Below the pieces are notes generated by a model. It had not been told where the DNA came from and searched no databases. It saw only the letters and a list, made by a program, of their open reading frames with translations. From Octopus vulgaris (taxonomy: Eukaryota): a stretch of 64,000 nucleotides of DNA. Positions 51,350 through 64,000 of this stretch are shown piece by piece. The DNA lies in contig OX597831.1 of NCBI GenBank assembly GCA_951406725.2, positions 47,616,001 to 47,680,000 of the forward strand, in the 5' to 3' direction. Positions within the stretch are counted from its first letter, which is position 1, and each line of letters opens with the position of its first letter. A program made the translations under genes and the position numbers.

Positions 51350-53190
51350 GCCTGACCCATGATGTTGGTCTTCTTGAGGCTGATAAATAAGCCAAAGTTG
51401 CGACATGCTTGCTCAAAACAGATGATGAGCCTTTGTAGGGCTTCTTCTGTGTGTGATACCAGAGCGGCACCATCAGCAAATAGCATCTCCTTGATCAGGA
51501 CGCTTCTGATTTTGGTCTTGGCACGCAGACGCGAGAGATTGAACAGTTTCCCATCACTTCTACTGTGCAGAAACACTCCATCATCTGATGTCACAAAGGC
51601 ATGTGACAGCAGCAGCGAGAAGAAGATGCCAAATAATGTAGGAGCAAGGACACAACCTTGCTTTACCCCATTTTTTATTTGGAAGGCGGCTGATGTTGAA
51701 CCATTGTGCTGTATGGTGCCTTGCATATCATCATGGAAAGATGTGATGATCCTCAGCAGCTTTGGTGGACATCCGATATTTTGGATCAGGATGAAGAGGT
51801 CTTTTCTACTTACCAAGTCAAAGGCCTTTGTCAGATCAATGAAGGCCATATATAATGGCATTTTCTGCTCTCTGGACTTCTCCTGAAGTTGGCGTATGGA
51901 GAATATCATGTCAATAGTTGATCTGCTTCTTCTAAAGCCACACTGCGATTCTGGATAAATTCGAGAAGCAAGCAGTTGCAGCTTGGACAGGATAATGCGA
52001 GCAGAGGCCTTTCCAACAGTGCTTAGAAGAGATATTCCACGGTAATTGTTACAATCACCATAGTCACCTTTGTTTTTTTAAAGCGTAATGATGTTAGCAT
52101 CCCGCATATCCTGAGGGGCTGTACCCTATTCCCAGCACTGACACAGAAGCTCAGAAATTTGCCGAAGCAGGATGGTGTTTTTGCCGGTTTTGATGATCTC
52201 TAAGGGGATGCCGTCTTTTCTCGGAGCCTTGTTACTTGCTAGGGAATCAATAGCCTTGGTGAGCTCTGCTATAGATGGCAGACTGTCAAGTTCACACATG
52301 ACTGGCAAGATCTTGACACCCTCGATTGCAGCCTCAGCTACCGTGGACTCTCGTGAGTAGAGATCCTGGTAGTACTCCACCCATCTATCCATTTGCTTGC
52401 TTTGGTCCTTGATGAGATCTCCAGTAGTTGATTTCAGAGGGTCTGACTTGGTTGCGGATGGACCGAGGGCCTTCTTAAAACCGGCATACATCCCACGGGT
52501 GTCCCCACTGTCAGCAGCTGACTGGATACTCTGACAGTTTCCTGCCAATACTTATTTGCACAGCGTCTGACAGTCAGTTGGGTTTTATTTCTTGCCTTTC
52601 TGAGTTCTTCGAGTGACTTTATAGAAGAATCACTCTAGTATTACATCAGAGCTGCACGCTTTGTTTCGATAACTGTTTCCAGCTCTGAGAGCCCAGCACT
52701 GAAAAAAATCTGGGTTTTGCCTTTCTCTCATGCCGAAAGTATCTATTGATGTGGTATACAAAGCTTCCCTGATATAATTCCACCAACTTTCAGCAGAGGT
52801 GGTTGGGCAGCTACTGAGGGCAACTTTGATAGTAACAGCAAAACATTGTCGCAGTGTAGGGTCGGAGGTTCTGGCAGTGTTAATGCGTGGTCGGCCCATT
52901 TTCTTGGATTGATGGACTTTTTAGGCAGAATCCTCACCCTGCTTCTTATTAGTGAATGATCTGTGTCACAATCCGCGCTGTGGTAACTACGAGTCAGTTG
53001 AATAGAATTCAGAAAGGGTCTTCGTGTAATGATGAGATCCAGCTGATGCCAGTGGTGAGATCTTGGATATCTCCAAGATGCCTTGTGGGATGTCTTGTTG
53101 GCAAAGAATGTGTTAGTGATGCACAGGTTATGGTATGTGCAAAATTCAAGTAGTCTCTGGCCATTGTCATTTATGTTGTCAATACCAAAA
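51350..53190 (-). mobile_element. RTE (BovB-like) LINE internal fragment: APE endonuclease end to RT
   Basis: [26 protein letters not shown]; FIDLTKAFD, GVKQGCVLAP, MLFADG (FADD mutated); stops and frameshifts. Confidence 0.92.
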
Positions 53191-53257
53191 CACATACACT
53201 TACATATATACATACATATATATACGATCGATTTGTTTCAGTTCCTGTCTGCGAAAT

Positions 53258-53368
<111 letters not shown>

Positions 53369-54106
53369 CATACATATATGCATACACACACATACATACA
53401 TATATATTGGGAATTTACAAAAGAAACGAACAAAAGACGAAGACGGGTGTGTAAACAGCAAACAGGTTTATTAGTTTAACGCTCCGGACTTAGGAAAATT
53501 TATATAGAGAGTACTACTAATTTTAAAGTTAGATATAGGGGACACAAGAATTCATTTATTCACCCCTATATAAAAAATTACAGACATTTTAGTATGTTGT
53601 AAGCATAAATATTTAGCGTCTTATCATTTTCTTAAACTTTAAAATATAATTTTTTAGAATATAAGAGCTTTTTGAAAATACGGTCCAATTAGATCATTAG
53701 ATCCAATGAACACTTATGCACAAACCTGTAATCTTAAATTATTTTTTTATAGTAGAGAGTGGAATATTCCCATTAGCTATTATTTGCATGATTAACTAAA
53801 GTTAACCTTTCAATGAATTTCATTTCTTATTTAAACGTGGTAATCCTCTTGAAAATCTGTCACTTATTCATCGATACTCAAAAACCGATCTGTCACCAAC
53901 TAAATACTCACCATGTAGTGCCTTAATGCTCTTTGCTGGATTTTACCTTGAGAAAGGAACCCTGAGGAAGGAGGGCTGAATTTCGAATACTTCGTACAAC
54001 CACTTTTCTGAAACGGCTGCAGGTTAGGAAAAAAATTTTAATCGCCTCTTTCAATTTAGGTTTTTATTTTTCATGTTTATATTCGTATTTCACTGTTATG
54101 TTTATA

Positions 54107-54689
54107 TTGGGTTGTCCGGAAAGTTCGTTCCGATTTTTAAAGGAAAGTAATGGTCACTAAATACTTGCCATTACATTTTTAATGAACCAAATCTGAACCA
54201 TTTCGTTGCACAATACGTCTCCATCTTTCCTTTACCTTGAAAATACCCTCTTCCCAGAATTGGGGTGGTTTCAAGGCAAAGAATTCGTCAAGGTATCATT
54301 TTACATAATATTATCTTTTTACATATCTAAGGAATTGAAATTTTTACCATTATGACTTTTCTACAGAGACCTGAATAAGTGGATATCCGAAGGAGCAATA
54401 TCTGGGGAATAGGGAGGGTGGGGGTAACACATCCCAGCCGAGCTGCAGCAATTTTTGTCTGGTTCTCAAAACATCAAGTGCCGAAAATTAACTTTCTCAT
54501 CTTTTATTTTAAAGGGTTACAGAATTAACACAGGTTATAGGAATATAAACCTTATTCCACGAAAAGATAGCTTAAACTGTGCTCTAAATGGAGGTGTAGT
54601 CAAATCCTATTTTATAGACTCAAACATGTTCTAAAATAAGTCGAAAGATAAGCTACTATAAATCGGCATGAACTTTCCGGACAACCCAA
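54107..54689 (-). mobile_element. internally deleted mariner
   Basis: TA-flanked TIR TTGGGTTGTCCGGAAAGTTC; LGWDVLPHPPYSPDIAPSDIHLFRSL. Confidence 0.9.
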
Positions 54690-54936
54690 TATTTCTATAT
54701 TTTTATCATGAAACTCTTAACATAAATATGTGTATATTCGTATGGAATAATACCTCATGTGCTACATCTGAATTTTCTTGTCTGAATGTTTTAAGACAAA
54801 TATCCGAAATTTTTATTGTATATCACATTTTATTAATACTTAGCTCATATACGGAGACAAAAATGTTGTACTATATACTGCAGGTTATCTCCATTAAAAT
54901 TCTCGTATAATATACATTATATATATATAATATACA

Positions 54937-55663
54937 TACTGGCGAAAATAAATTTAAGACCGATGATAAGAGTTCTATTTCTTACAAAATATTCTGTTAC
55001 TAGTCCTTTGCCGATCTTTATATTGACCAGTCTCCGAGTATAACTTCCACGCTCGCACGTAAGCTGGTTTACTGCACTTTAGTTGCTTGCTGATGTTCGA
55101 AAAGGAAACTTTTTGCTGTAATATACTATTTTTGCTCTCGTGACTGGACTAAGGCTACGTTGTTTTCCCATTATTAATAAATTGTATAATAACATTAAAT
55201 TATAACTTTATATGGTGCATTTAGGCTCGTTGTGTGACCACCCATTTTGGCCAAAAAAATTGCATACATATTACATGGTCTTAAACTAATTTTGCCGGTA
55301 AATTTGAAACGTTTATATTACGTTCTGAGTTCAAATTCCGCCGAGGTCGACTTTGCCTTTCATCCTTTCGGGGTCGATAAATTAAGTACCAGTGACGCAC
55401 TGGGGTCGATGTAATCGACTTAATCCGTTTGTCTGTCCTTGTTTGTCCCTTCTATGTTTAGCCCCTTGTGGGCAGTAAAGAAATATATATTAATTTAACA
55501 TTAGAATTCTTCAAGTTGTATAAAAATTGTTTGCATCATTCGAAAGAGAAATAAATTTTGCATAAGGTGTAAAAGATATAAATAATGTGTATGGTGTTAG
55601 TAACAAAATATTTTGTAAGAAATAGAACTTTTATCGTCGGTCTTAAATATATTTTCGCCGGTG
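54937..55663. mobile_element. Tc1-like MITE with ~65-bp TIRs, carrying a SINE A (55319-55485)
   Basis: GGCGAAAATA.ATTTAAGACCGA.GATAA.AGTTCTATTTCTTACAAAATATT present inverted at both ends. Confidence 0.8.
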
Positions 55664-55671
55664 TATATATC

Positions 55672-56829
55672 TCAGGTCATCCCATAAGTTCTGTCCGAAT
55701 TTTGGATAAAGAATCCAAGTAATCAAATGTTATATGTAATTGAAAGTTAATCATCAATGTACTTTCCCTGATTATCTATGACTTTCTTCCATCTATTTAC
55801 AAGCTTTTTAATCCCATCAATGTTAAACTCTTTTGCTTTCAAAGCGAAGAACTCTGAAACGTCAGTTTCGACTTCCTCCTGGCTTGCGAAAGTTATGCTT
55901 CCCAAATGATTCTGTAAATTACAAAACAAATGGTAGTCTAAAGGAGCAAGGTTGGGAGAATTATGTGGATGAGGAATTTTTTCCCAACCAAGCTCTTCTA
56001 TCTTCTGTGATGTGATCTTTGCAGTGTGGGGTCGCGCATTGTCCTGATGAAACATCACTTCTTTTCGATTCACTAAAGCGGGTCTTTTTTCTTCAAAGCT
56101 TGGTTCAAACGCGCTAATCGCTGACAGTAGACATAAGCAATGATTGTGGCATTAGGTGGTAACAATTCAAAGTGAATTACTCCTTTACAATCCTACCAGA
56201 TAGAGAAAAGAACCTTTTTTCCATGAAGTTCCCTGCTCGGTTGTGGTTGAGCTTTTTCCCTTTTACCAAGCCACTGTTTACGACGTTTAACATTTTGATA
56301 AAAGATCCAAGTTTCGTCACCAGTCACAAGTTGTTGAAGATAACGATGAAAAGTTGTATGGTTTGAACTAAGCTTTATTGCCAATTCTTCAACTGATAAT
56401 GCAGGATTTTCTTCAAGTAATGCCCCAAGGAGCTTATTATCAAACTCGACTGGACGTCCTGTTCGATCTTCATCTTCGAGTCTGAAATCTCCACTTCTGA
56501 AATTTGCAAACCATCTGCAAGTTCTTTCATTCAAGCATTCTTTCCTATAAACTGAGTATATGTTTCGAGTCGCTTCGGCAACAGAGTTCCTTTTTTTGTA
56601 CTCATAAAGCATTATGAGCCTCAAATTCTCTGTGGATACTTCTATGTTAGAAAGGGTTTTAATCAAAGAAATTTTAATTCTATTATTCTGTAAAATGATA
56701 TTTAATTAGTTTAAATGTACACAAATGCATAAAAATAATTTTAAATTCCATTAGATATTCTAAAATACTATTAAATTTCATTCAGTTTCAAAAAAGGTAA
56801 AATCGGGCAGAACTTATGGGATGACCTGA
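55672..56829 (-). mobile_element. near-complete mariner (DD34D) pseudogene
   Basis: TIR TCAGGTCATCCCATAAGTTCTG; ORFs 56666-56193 and 56073-55747 with LVTGDETW, HQDNARPH, SPNLAPLDYHLF; WVPHEL segment deleted. Confidence 0.92.
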
Positions 56830-57189
56830 TATTTATATATTATATTATATTATATCATAAAATAAGCAAGATATTTTAAACTTTTAAAAATAAACATACG
56901 TTATATATTTATACATCTATCTATTAATATGATTTTATTAATATAATATAATATTATATAATAATATATTATATTAATATAATATAATATTATTTTCGAC
57001 GTATATCTTCAGTGATGATTTTTTGATCCAATTTTCCCGCTCTTATTTTATGATATAATATACATTCGCTCATATTAAATGTCTAAATACCTTTAATGTT
57101 TTAGACATTCCCTACCAAGAACACTTACAAGAAATTCAGTATATTGTATTCTCATAGAATATATTTGATTAACGATATATATATATATA

Positions 57190-57230
<41 letters not shown>

Positions 57231-57267
57231 GTGGCTAATTCGCAATTTTACAACCTAAAGTCAGAAA

Positions 57268-57360
57268 TATGTACGTCACTAAAGTGAACAAGGGCACAAA
57301 TTAGCTCCAGTATTTCTAGCAATACTGGTGCTGATTAGCGTCTTTGTTCACTTTAGTGAC

Positions 57361-57367
<7 letters not shown>
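57268..57367. repeat. ~100-nt hairpin
   Basis: TACGTCACTAAAGTGAACAA..CCAGTATT tctagc AATACTGG..TTGTTCACTTTAGTGACGTA. Confidence 0.85.
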
Positions 57368-57407
<40 letters not shown>

Positions 57408-57435
57408 TTTATATGTATGCATGTATGTATTTATG

Positions 57436-57474
<39 letters not shown>

Positions 57475-57679
57475 TTCAGCTATGTAACAGCTGTTGCCAT
57501 GCTGTTGACGATTTCGTTTCCTTTTTGGGACTTTTCCCTTTCTCCCTTCCGACGAAGAGCTATGCTCGAAACATCAAAAAGTCTCTATTTTTACTTAGCG
57601 TCAAACATTCCTTGTGAACATCCTCTTGTCTGTTTTGTTAATTTTATTGTTCATTTCTTTGATTGGACATGAATATATG

Positions 57680-58503
57680 GTTCACTAAAGAACATCCCGA
57701 CAGCACTGGATTCCTATCGCTGCTCGGCTTCCAATTGAAAAGAACGGAAAACGAGAGATCCGTACCGAGTTCTACAGGAAAGCAGCTAGTAGAGATATGC
57801 TTGTTCATTTCAATTCAGCCCTTCCACTCGGTGCCAAAATAGGATGTGCCATAAATGAAGTTACACGCATCCAGAGCAAGTGCGTGCAGCAGGACAGTGT
57901 ACAGAGCACACCACACGCTTCCTAGAGGTATTGAAAAATCAACGGGTACCCTAAATCCACTGTGAATAGGCTTAAGTACCCGAGACGACAAACACGCCAA
58001 ATACACAGAAAACCCAGCAGCACATGCTTCCTTGAAATATCCCTTTTTAGCGAGAGGATAACTACAGCCATCTGAAGAGCCATAAAAAGAAAAGGATTAG
58101 ACATACAACTAGCTCACTCTGGCCCCACTCTGAGAAGACACCTAGAAAAAAAACGATCAAGGGATAGCAATCAGTGCAGACTAGCTAACTGCCCCGTCCA
58201 TGCAACAGATTTATACCAACTGGTACATGTTGAATATCGAATCCAATGTAACAGATGTAACAATTTCTACATGGGTAGCACAAGACCATAACACATTCGC
58301 ATCAAACAGCATCTAAACACACGAGCCTCCTCCTTCAGAAAACACTTGGACAGATGCTGGAACACGGACAAAAACAAAGCCATTACAATTCAGGCCAATT
58401 ACAGAAAATTAGGGAATTTATGAATTAAAGAGGCTATCCTCATAGGCAGACAAGGGCTCCAGATTAACAACAGCTTGGAAATTAGCATTCACTATCTTAT
58501 TTA
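57680..58503 (+). mobile_element. Penelope-like element 3' half (RT thumb and GIY-YIG)
   Basis: TEFYRKAASRDMLVHFNSALP; VEYRIQCNRCNNFYMGST..RIKQH; IKEAILI..IN. Confidence 0.8.
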
Positions 58504-59049
58504 GCAACATCGTCACTCTGCACGCACGATGGTAACATGCTCTTATAAGAATACATTACTATAGTCCACTCTGCATTGCTGTACCATTCCAGACACGTTA
58601 TATTTCATATATATATATGTATGTGTGTGTGTGTGTAGAGAGAGAGGGAGAGAGAGGGAGAGGGAGAGGGAGAGGAAGAGGGAGAGAGAGAGAGAGAGTC
58701 ATGCACAAGCTCTGACTCATGTGTATACTATATGAAAACTGAAAAGCCAATCGTACTTCTAATAACGGCGTCACCTCTACAAATCTACAACCTTCTTTAT
58801 TAGCAACTAAAAATGAGGCTTCTGTGTCACTATGACGCAAATCTTTCCCTCCTTAAACGCAGTATTTCTGAAATTTCCTCTTTGCATATGTCTTTTCTGC
58901 AGACTAGCTTTGAAATGTTTAACAGAAACGTTAACCTTATCAATCTCACAGTTCATGGAGAGTTTGCAAAGACCATGGCCACGTACGTTCTTGTAGACTA
59001 TATCAATGAAAAAATTATAAAATAGGTCGCAACATTTGGAAAATATTTT

Positions 59050-59895
59050 TCGTTTAGCAGTTATATAATTCGAATACATATAAAGTTTTTGTTTTTAATA
59101 TGAAACTCTTCTCGTGAAAACGCTAAGCTGTAACAATTTGTTCTATTTTTGTATGTTCGTATCTCACGGGGATATTTTAGTTAATAATCCAAATGTAGTG
59201 TCATGTTCTTTCAAACTCTAGATATATTTGGATAGTTTTGTTATCATTTTTTCCTTTATATCTCAAAAAGAAAAGTATGTTTGAAACAGCATAGTTAAAT
59301 TTATCTTTCATGTATCTTTGTAATGTTTGCACTTGATATTAAGTTTTAGTTTGATGGAGATCTTTTGTGCTTTATGTATAATCATTTCAGCATTACATGA
59401 GTGATTAAGGGGCCGTGAATTTGTATTTATGAACATGCAGTTAACTTACATTAATTTGTCTGGTTTACATGCTATAAATTTTTTTGTTAGAAGTACAACC
59501 GTAACCCTCTTTGAAATTTTTTCTATTAAATAGTTTTCTATTTCGGTAGTTGGCAGGTAAATAGTTACTTATTAAATCTAAGAAGCTTTCAGCTAGATGT
59601 GACTTAACGTTTAACGAAAAACAAGATGTAAATCAGCTGATATTGTGGCATCTTTCTTAGTTTTGGAATGTGGGGTTTAGGAATATATATATCATCGTTG
59701 AATCCAGTAGCTTCTTGCATTTTATTGTAGTACGAAGCCACCATATCAAATATTTCTTTATTGGCTGATAGGTTGGAGATCATTCTGATAATATCAATAG
59801 GTTTTTGAAACCTGTAGGTGGATGGCAGGTGTGTATATTTATATATAAACTTGTCATTAAATTGCCTGTGGTTCAAGCTAATATCTAAAAAAAAC
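59050..59895 (-). mobile_element. decayed Penelope-like fragment
   Basis: ISNLSANKEIFD..YYN..TGF; FSLNVK..LFNRKNFK.GYGC. Confidence 0.6.
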
Positions 59896-59909
59896 CATAT
59901 GATACTTAA

Positions 59910-60093
59910 TGCTTTAAATCCGCGAGTACGCTTTAGCGGGAGCGATTTCGTTTCGCTATACTCCTGGAAGACTCACAAGTGGGCGGCCTCATAGATTTAT
60001 GTTAAATGCTCTGTAATTGACAGAAACATCGTTATTTGCAGGTGTAGTCAAACAAAATTGCGCTCGTTAAAGTATACTTGCGAGTTCAAAGGG
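59910..60093. mobile_element. decayed piggyBac-type MITE
   Basis: TTAA on both sides; imperfect ~26-bp TIR ending CAAAGGG. Confidence 0.5.
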
Positions 60094-60279
60094 TTAAGAT
60101 ATTGGTGAGAGTTATTTTCACGCCAAACTTTTTGCTGGAGTCAACAGTAACATTTTTCTAAAAATATCTCGTGTATGTCTATTCGCGTATAAGCCAATGT
60201 TTGTTTTGGTTGATTTCTTACTAAGTACATCTATAGTATATATCTATATATCTAGATATTGTAGATATATATCTATATA

Positions 60280-60326
<47 letters not shown>

Positions 60327-60634
60327 CTAATAAGATGGTACATCTCATCACTATCGAAAGATTCAACGCTGATATTGAATTAGCCCTGGAGCTTGATATT
60401 GTAGTTCTAGAATAAATTATCTGAGAATAGTTTCATATCAGATGTAATGATGTCTATATCATTATCATCTATATGCTTATACGTTCTACAGCATTCTAGA
60501 GCGTCAGTAAGTAGAGATTTAAAATTAAAGCTGAATTTGGTAATTTAGAGTAGTTGATACTAATGTTATCAAACAAGTTAATGACTGTACTGCAGTTATT
60601 CTGCTCTTCGAAATTAGTTGATTTTCTAATATTA

Positions 60635-61062
60635 ATTTCAAATCTTAGCACGAGGCCAGCAATTTAAATGAAGTGGATAAGTCGAATATATCGACTTCAG
60701 TGCTTGATTGGTACTTACTTAATCGACTCCGAAAGAATGAAAGGCAAAATGGATCTCAGTAGAATTTGAATTCTAAACACTTTGGCCGGTGTACTAACGA
60801 TTCTGCCTACTCATCGTCTTAGGTGATCTTCTAACATTATTGTTATTGCTAAGGTGGCGAACTGGTAGAATCGTTAACATGCCTAGCGAAATGCTTAGCG
60901 GCAGCTTACTGTCTTTACGTTCTGAGTCCAAATTCTGCCGGAGTCGACTTAGCCTTTCAAACTTTCGGGGTAGATAAAATAAGTACCAGTCAAGCACTGA
61001 GGTCTATGTTATCGACTTACTTCCTTCCTTGCTGGCCTTGCGCCAAAATTTGAAACCAATAT
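60635..61062. mobile_element. head-to-head inverted pair of SINE B copies
   Basis: minus copy ~60635-60815, plus copy ~60852-61062. Confidence 0.7.
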
Positions 61063-61200
61063 TATTGTTAATGTTTCCTAAGCTTTCTTTATTAATTAAT
61101 CTGATCTTAATCTTTCTGAGATTTATTAATTTATACTTGTTACTGTAAACCGAACTAGCATTAGTTATATTATATCATATCATGGTTATATTATATTATA

Positions 61201-61255
<55 letters not shown>

Positions 61256-61283
61256 TATCATATCATGGTTATATTATATTATA

Positions 61284-61322
<39 letters not shown>

Positions 61323-61389
61323 TGTTATGTTATATTATATTATATCATGTTATATTATAGTATATATATATATAGCATTTTGATTATTG

Positions 61390-61423
<34 letters not shown>

Positions 61424-61773
61424 CATTTTGATTATTGTAATTTAGGTTTATGATCTATAATTTTTGCCGCAGCATTCATATGTTGTAAGTTAGTTTACTA
61501 TTAGTCTGTTTGTTATATTATTTAGTTCTTTATAGGTACGACATTCCACTTCATAAACGTTTTTAGTTTTTATCAAAGAATATAATTTAAAATTTCTTAA
61601 TGTTCCTAATATCAGGGTTCAGTTTGTTATGAAAAGCGTTGATGAGCTCCTTGTTGACTGGTGACTAGTATATCATTGTAACTTTTCCATTTCATTCTAT
61701 TAATTTAGGAGCGGTGGAAAGATTCAGGTCGAATCGTTGAAGAAAAGTGAGGCGATAATAGGGTGGAAAAATT

Positions 61774-61900
61774 ATGCAGTTTATACCATTTATTTCCTAC
61801 GTACGTTTCGTAGGAAAGATGCAGTTTATACCATTTATTTCCTACGTACGTTTCGTAGGAAAGATGCAGTTTATACTATTTATTTCCTACGAACGTTTCG
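61774..61900. repeat. 45-bp tandem repeat (~2.8 units) with internal hairpin
   Basis: unit ATGCAGTTTATACCATTTATTTCCTACGTACGTTTCGTAGGAAAG. Confidence 0.9.
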
Positions 61901-62122
61901 TTAGTGTGGTTACTTGCATACTATGCAGTGTGCACCACTTGGCAGCTGGCGTGGTTGCTCAGAGAAGCATTCTGATGGAGGGACGACGTGAACGTACTCA
62001 TTTAATAAAACGTTTTCTTCGAATCAGAATAGTTAACATAAACCTACGATGAACAGCAGAATCCAGTGAACAAACAAAACATACAATGAGTATGTGCCAT
62101 CAATAACACACACACACACACG

Positions 62123-62171
<49 letters not shown>

Positions 62172-62975
62172 CAAATTTAAGATTCAATTGAATTAGGTAC
62201 TTAAACTGAGGCACCTCGTTAGATCGGAATAACACCTGTACTTCTACTGTTACTCATTCATATGTGTATGTGTGTGTGTGCGCGTTTGCGTGTGTATATG
62301 TGTTTGTATATATATGTATGCATATATATATGTGTATACGTACATATATATATATGTACATACACATACATGTATGTATGTATATATATATATATATGTA
62401 CATACACATACATGTATGTATATATATATATACGTACATACATATTAATATCTCCGTGGATAGGTGATTAATATGTCACTGTAGATATTCAATTCTGCTA
62501 ATTTAGGCAGTTAATAATGGCAATGTCACTAAAGTGTATTGGTTAGTACAGTGACATGCTTTACAGCAGATGCAGCATTCATATCGCGCAGACGATATTG
62601 CAGATTTTTTTTTCTATATGTAATATCTAACAAGCCAAATTTTTAAATAGTTCTAGTTGATTAATTTTTACGAGGAATTTGCGTGTCTTTATGAAAGAGA
62701 GATTCCGCAACAAAGACAGTTGCAGAAGAAAGCGTTCCTGTGCAAACTTTTACCTTCATCTATTTTCTCTAGTTATCATTCCCCCCATAGTGCTTACAAA
62801 AGTTAGCAGATATATTGTTCGTAGAGTAGCTTCAATTATATAGATCCATAATTAGTCATGAAAAGTTTTCGACTATCTATTATTCTGCGATATATCATAA
62901 TTTCAGACGTCATTAACTATGTCTGTGTGATGTCTCGATACAAAACTTAGGCGCGTTAGCAATGTAAACGTCAAT

Positions 62976-63016
<41 letters not shown>

Positions 63017-63033
63017 CATATCGCACCAATATA

Positions 63034-63407
63034 CAGGGTGATTCAAAAGTCGCCATTACATAGGAATAATGTATCTTTTTATATGAAACAGTGTATAAGA
63101 ACAGTTTTTATTTTATCTAACAGGCTCTGTATGGTTACCATTGTTTTGAATACACATTGCAATACGTTTACCCTCACTCATTGTGAACTCGTAATAGCAC
63201 ATCTGGTGATACGTGTGCAAATGAGTTGCTGATGCGTTCATTCAAATGATTTATGTCTTTTGTCTTTCCGCGATACACCATGCCTTTCAAATGCCCCTAA
63301 AGATAGAAATCAAGAGGGGTCACATCCAGGAATCTAGGGGATCTTATAAAGTGTTTCTTATTAAAAAATAAATTTTTCCTATGTGTGGAGACTTTTGAAT
63401 CACCCTT
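63034..63407 (-). mobile_element. internally deleted Tc1/mariner-superfamily element
   Basis: TIR AGGGTGATTCAAAAGTC; PRFLDVTPLDFYL*GHLKGMVY resembles PRSPDLTPLDFFLWG. Confidence 0.75.
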
Positions 63408-63433
63408 TATATATATACTTACATGTTTATGAA

Positions 63434-63512
<79 letters not shown>

Positions 63513-63574
63513 GTATGTATTTATAGAAACATGTAATATATATATGTATACTTATATATTTGTATAAATATATA

Positions 63575-63653
<79 letters not shown>

Positions 63654-63669
63654 TGTATGTATGTATGTA

Positions 63670-63725
<56 letters not shown>

Positions 63726-63753
63726 TGTGTGTGTGTACATATGAAAATTCATA

Positions 63754-64000
63754 CAGGGTGTTCCAGTTTAATTTGACAATTTGCATAAAAGAAAAGAAAA
63801 CATAATATTCTATCCCAAAATGTATTTTTTAAAAAAATTCCAAAATATCAAGTAGATTATGGCTGGTTATAATTTACTCAAAGTAGTCACGCTCAGCTTT
63901 CACCATGGCACTAAAAACGGCCCTGGAACTTAACGTCTAAGTCCCTCTTCTGCGTCATTGGGAAGATCTTGGAACACCTCTTTGATCTTGGGTACAAGCT
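63754..64000 (-). mobile_element. terminus of another Tc1/mariner-like element, cut by the window edge
   Basis: TA|CAGGGTG terminus; minus-strand AMVKAERDYFE* resembles a transposase C-terminus. Confidence 0.45.

Noticed and set aside
55747-56666. Domesticated SETMAR-like transposase
   Set aside because: TIRs retained, broken reading frame, WVPHEL segment deleted, no SET exon seen
61774-61900. CRISPR-like palindromic repeats
   Set aside because: Head-to-tail units with no spacers, eukaryotic context, no cas genes

Overview
AT-rich eukaryotic DNA saturated with repeats. The SINE families and microsatellite load suggest a coleoid cephalopod, probably Octopus (inferred from repeat recognition, not a database result). 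I find no convincing host protein-coding exon. Every ORF with real motifs comes from a transposon: mariner/Tc1, RTE, Tx1/L1-like, R4/Dong or Penelope-like. Most of the remaining ORF track is microsatellite artefact. Main observations: (1) A complete ~1.7-kb ORF1-only (HAL1-like) retroelement with a 22-bp TSD at 31329-33013. Its ~40-nt 3' tail is shared with an abundant SINE and with Tx1-type LINE 3' ends, suggesting one LINE/half-LINE/SINE mobilisation network, with SINE tail swapping and self-nesting at a fixed site. (2) A tRNA-headed element carrying a Penelope-type minimal hammerhead ribozyme and an inverted terminal copy (2295-2651), plus four other hammerhead-like cores. (3) A CpG-depletion boundary near 11.3 kb and a TATA/CCAAT/E2F-type minus-strand promoter at ~15.25 kb, which together point to an unannotated host gene running leftwards. 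(4) Several long fold-back hairpins and inverted SINE pairs that could form dsRNA.
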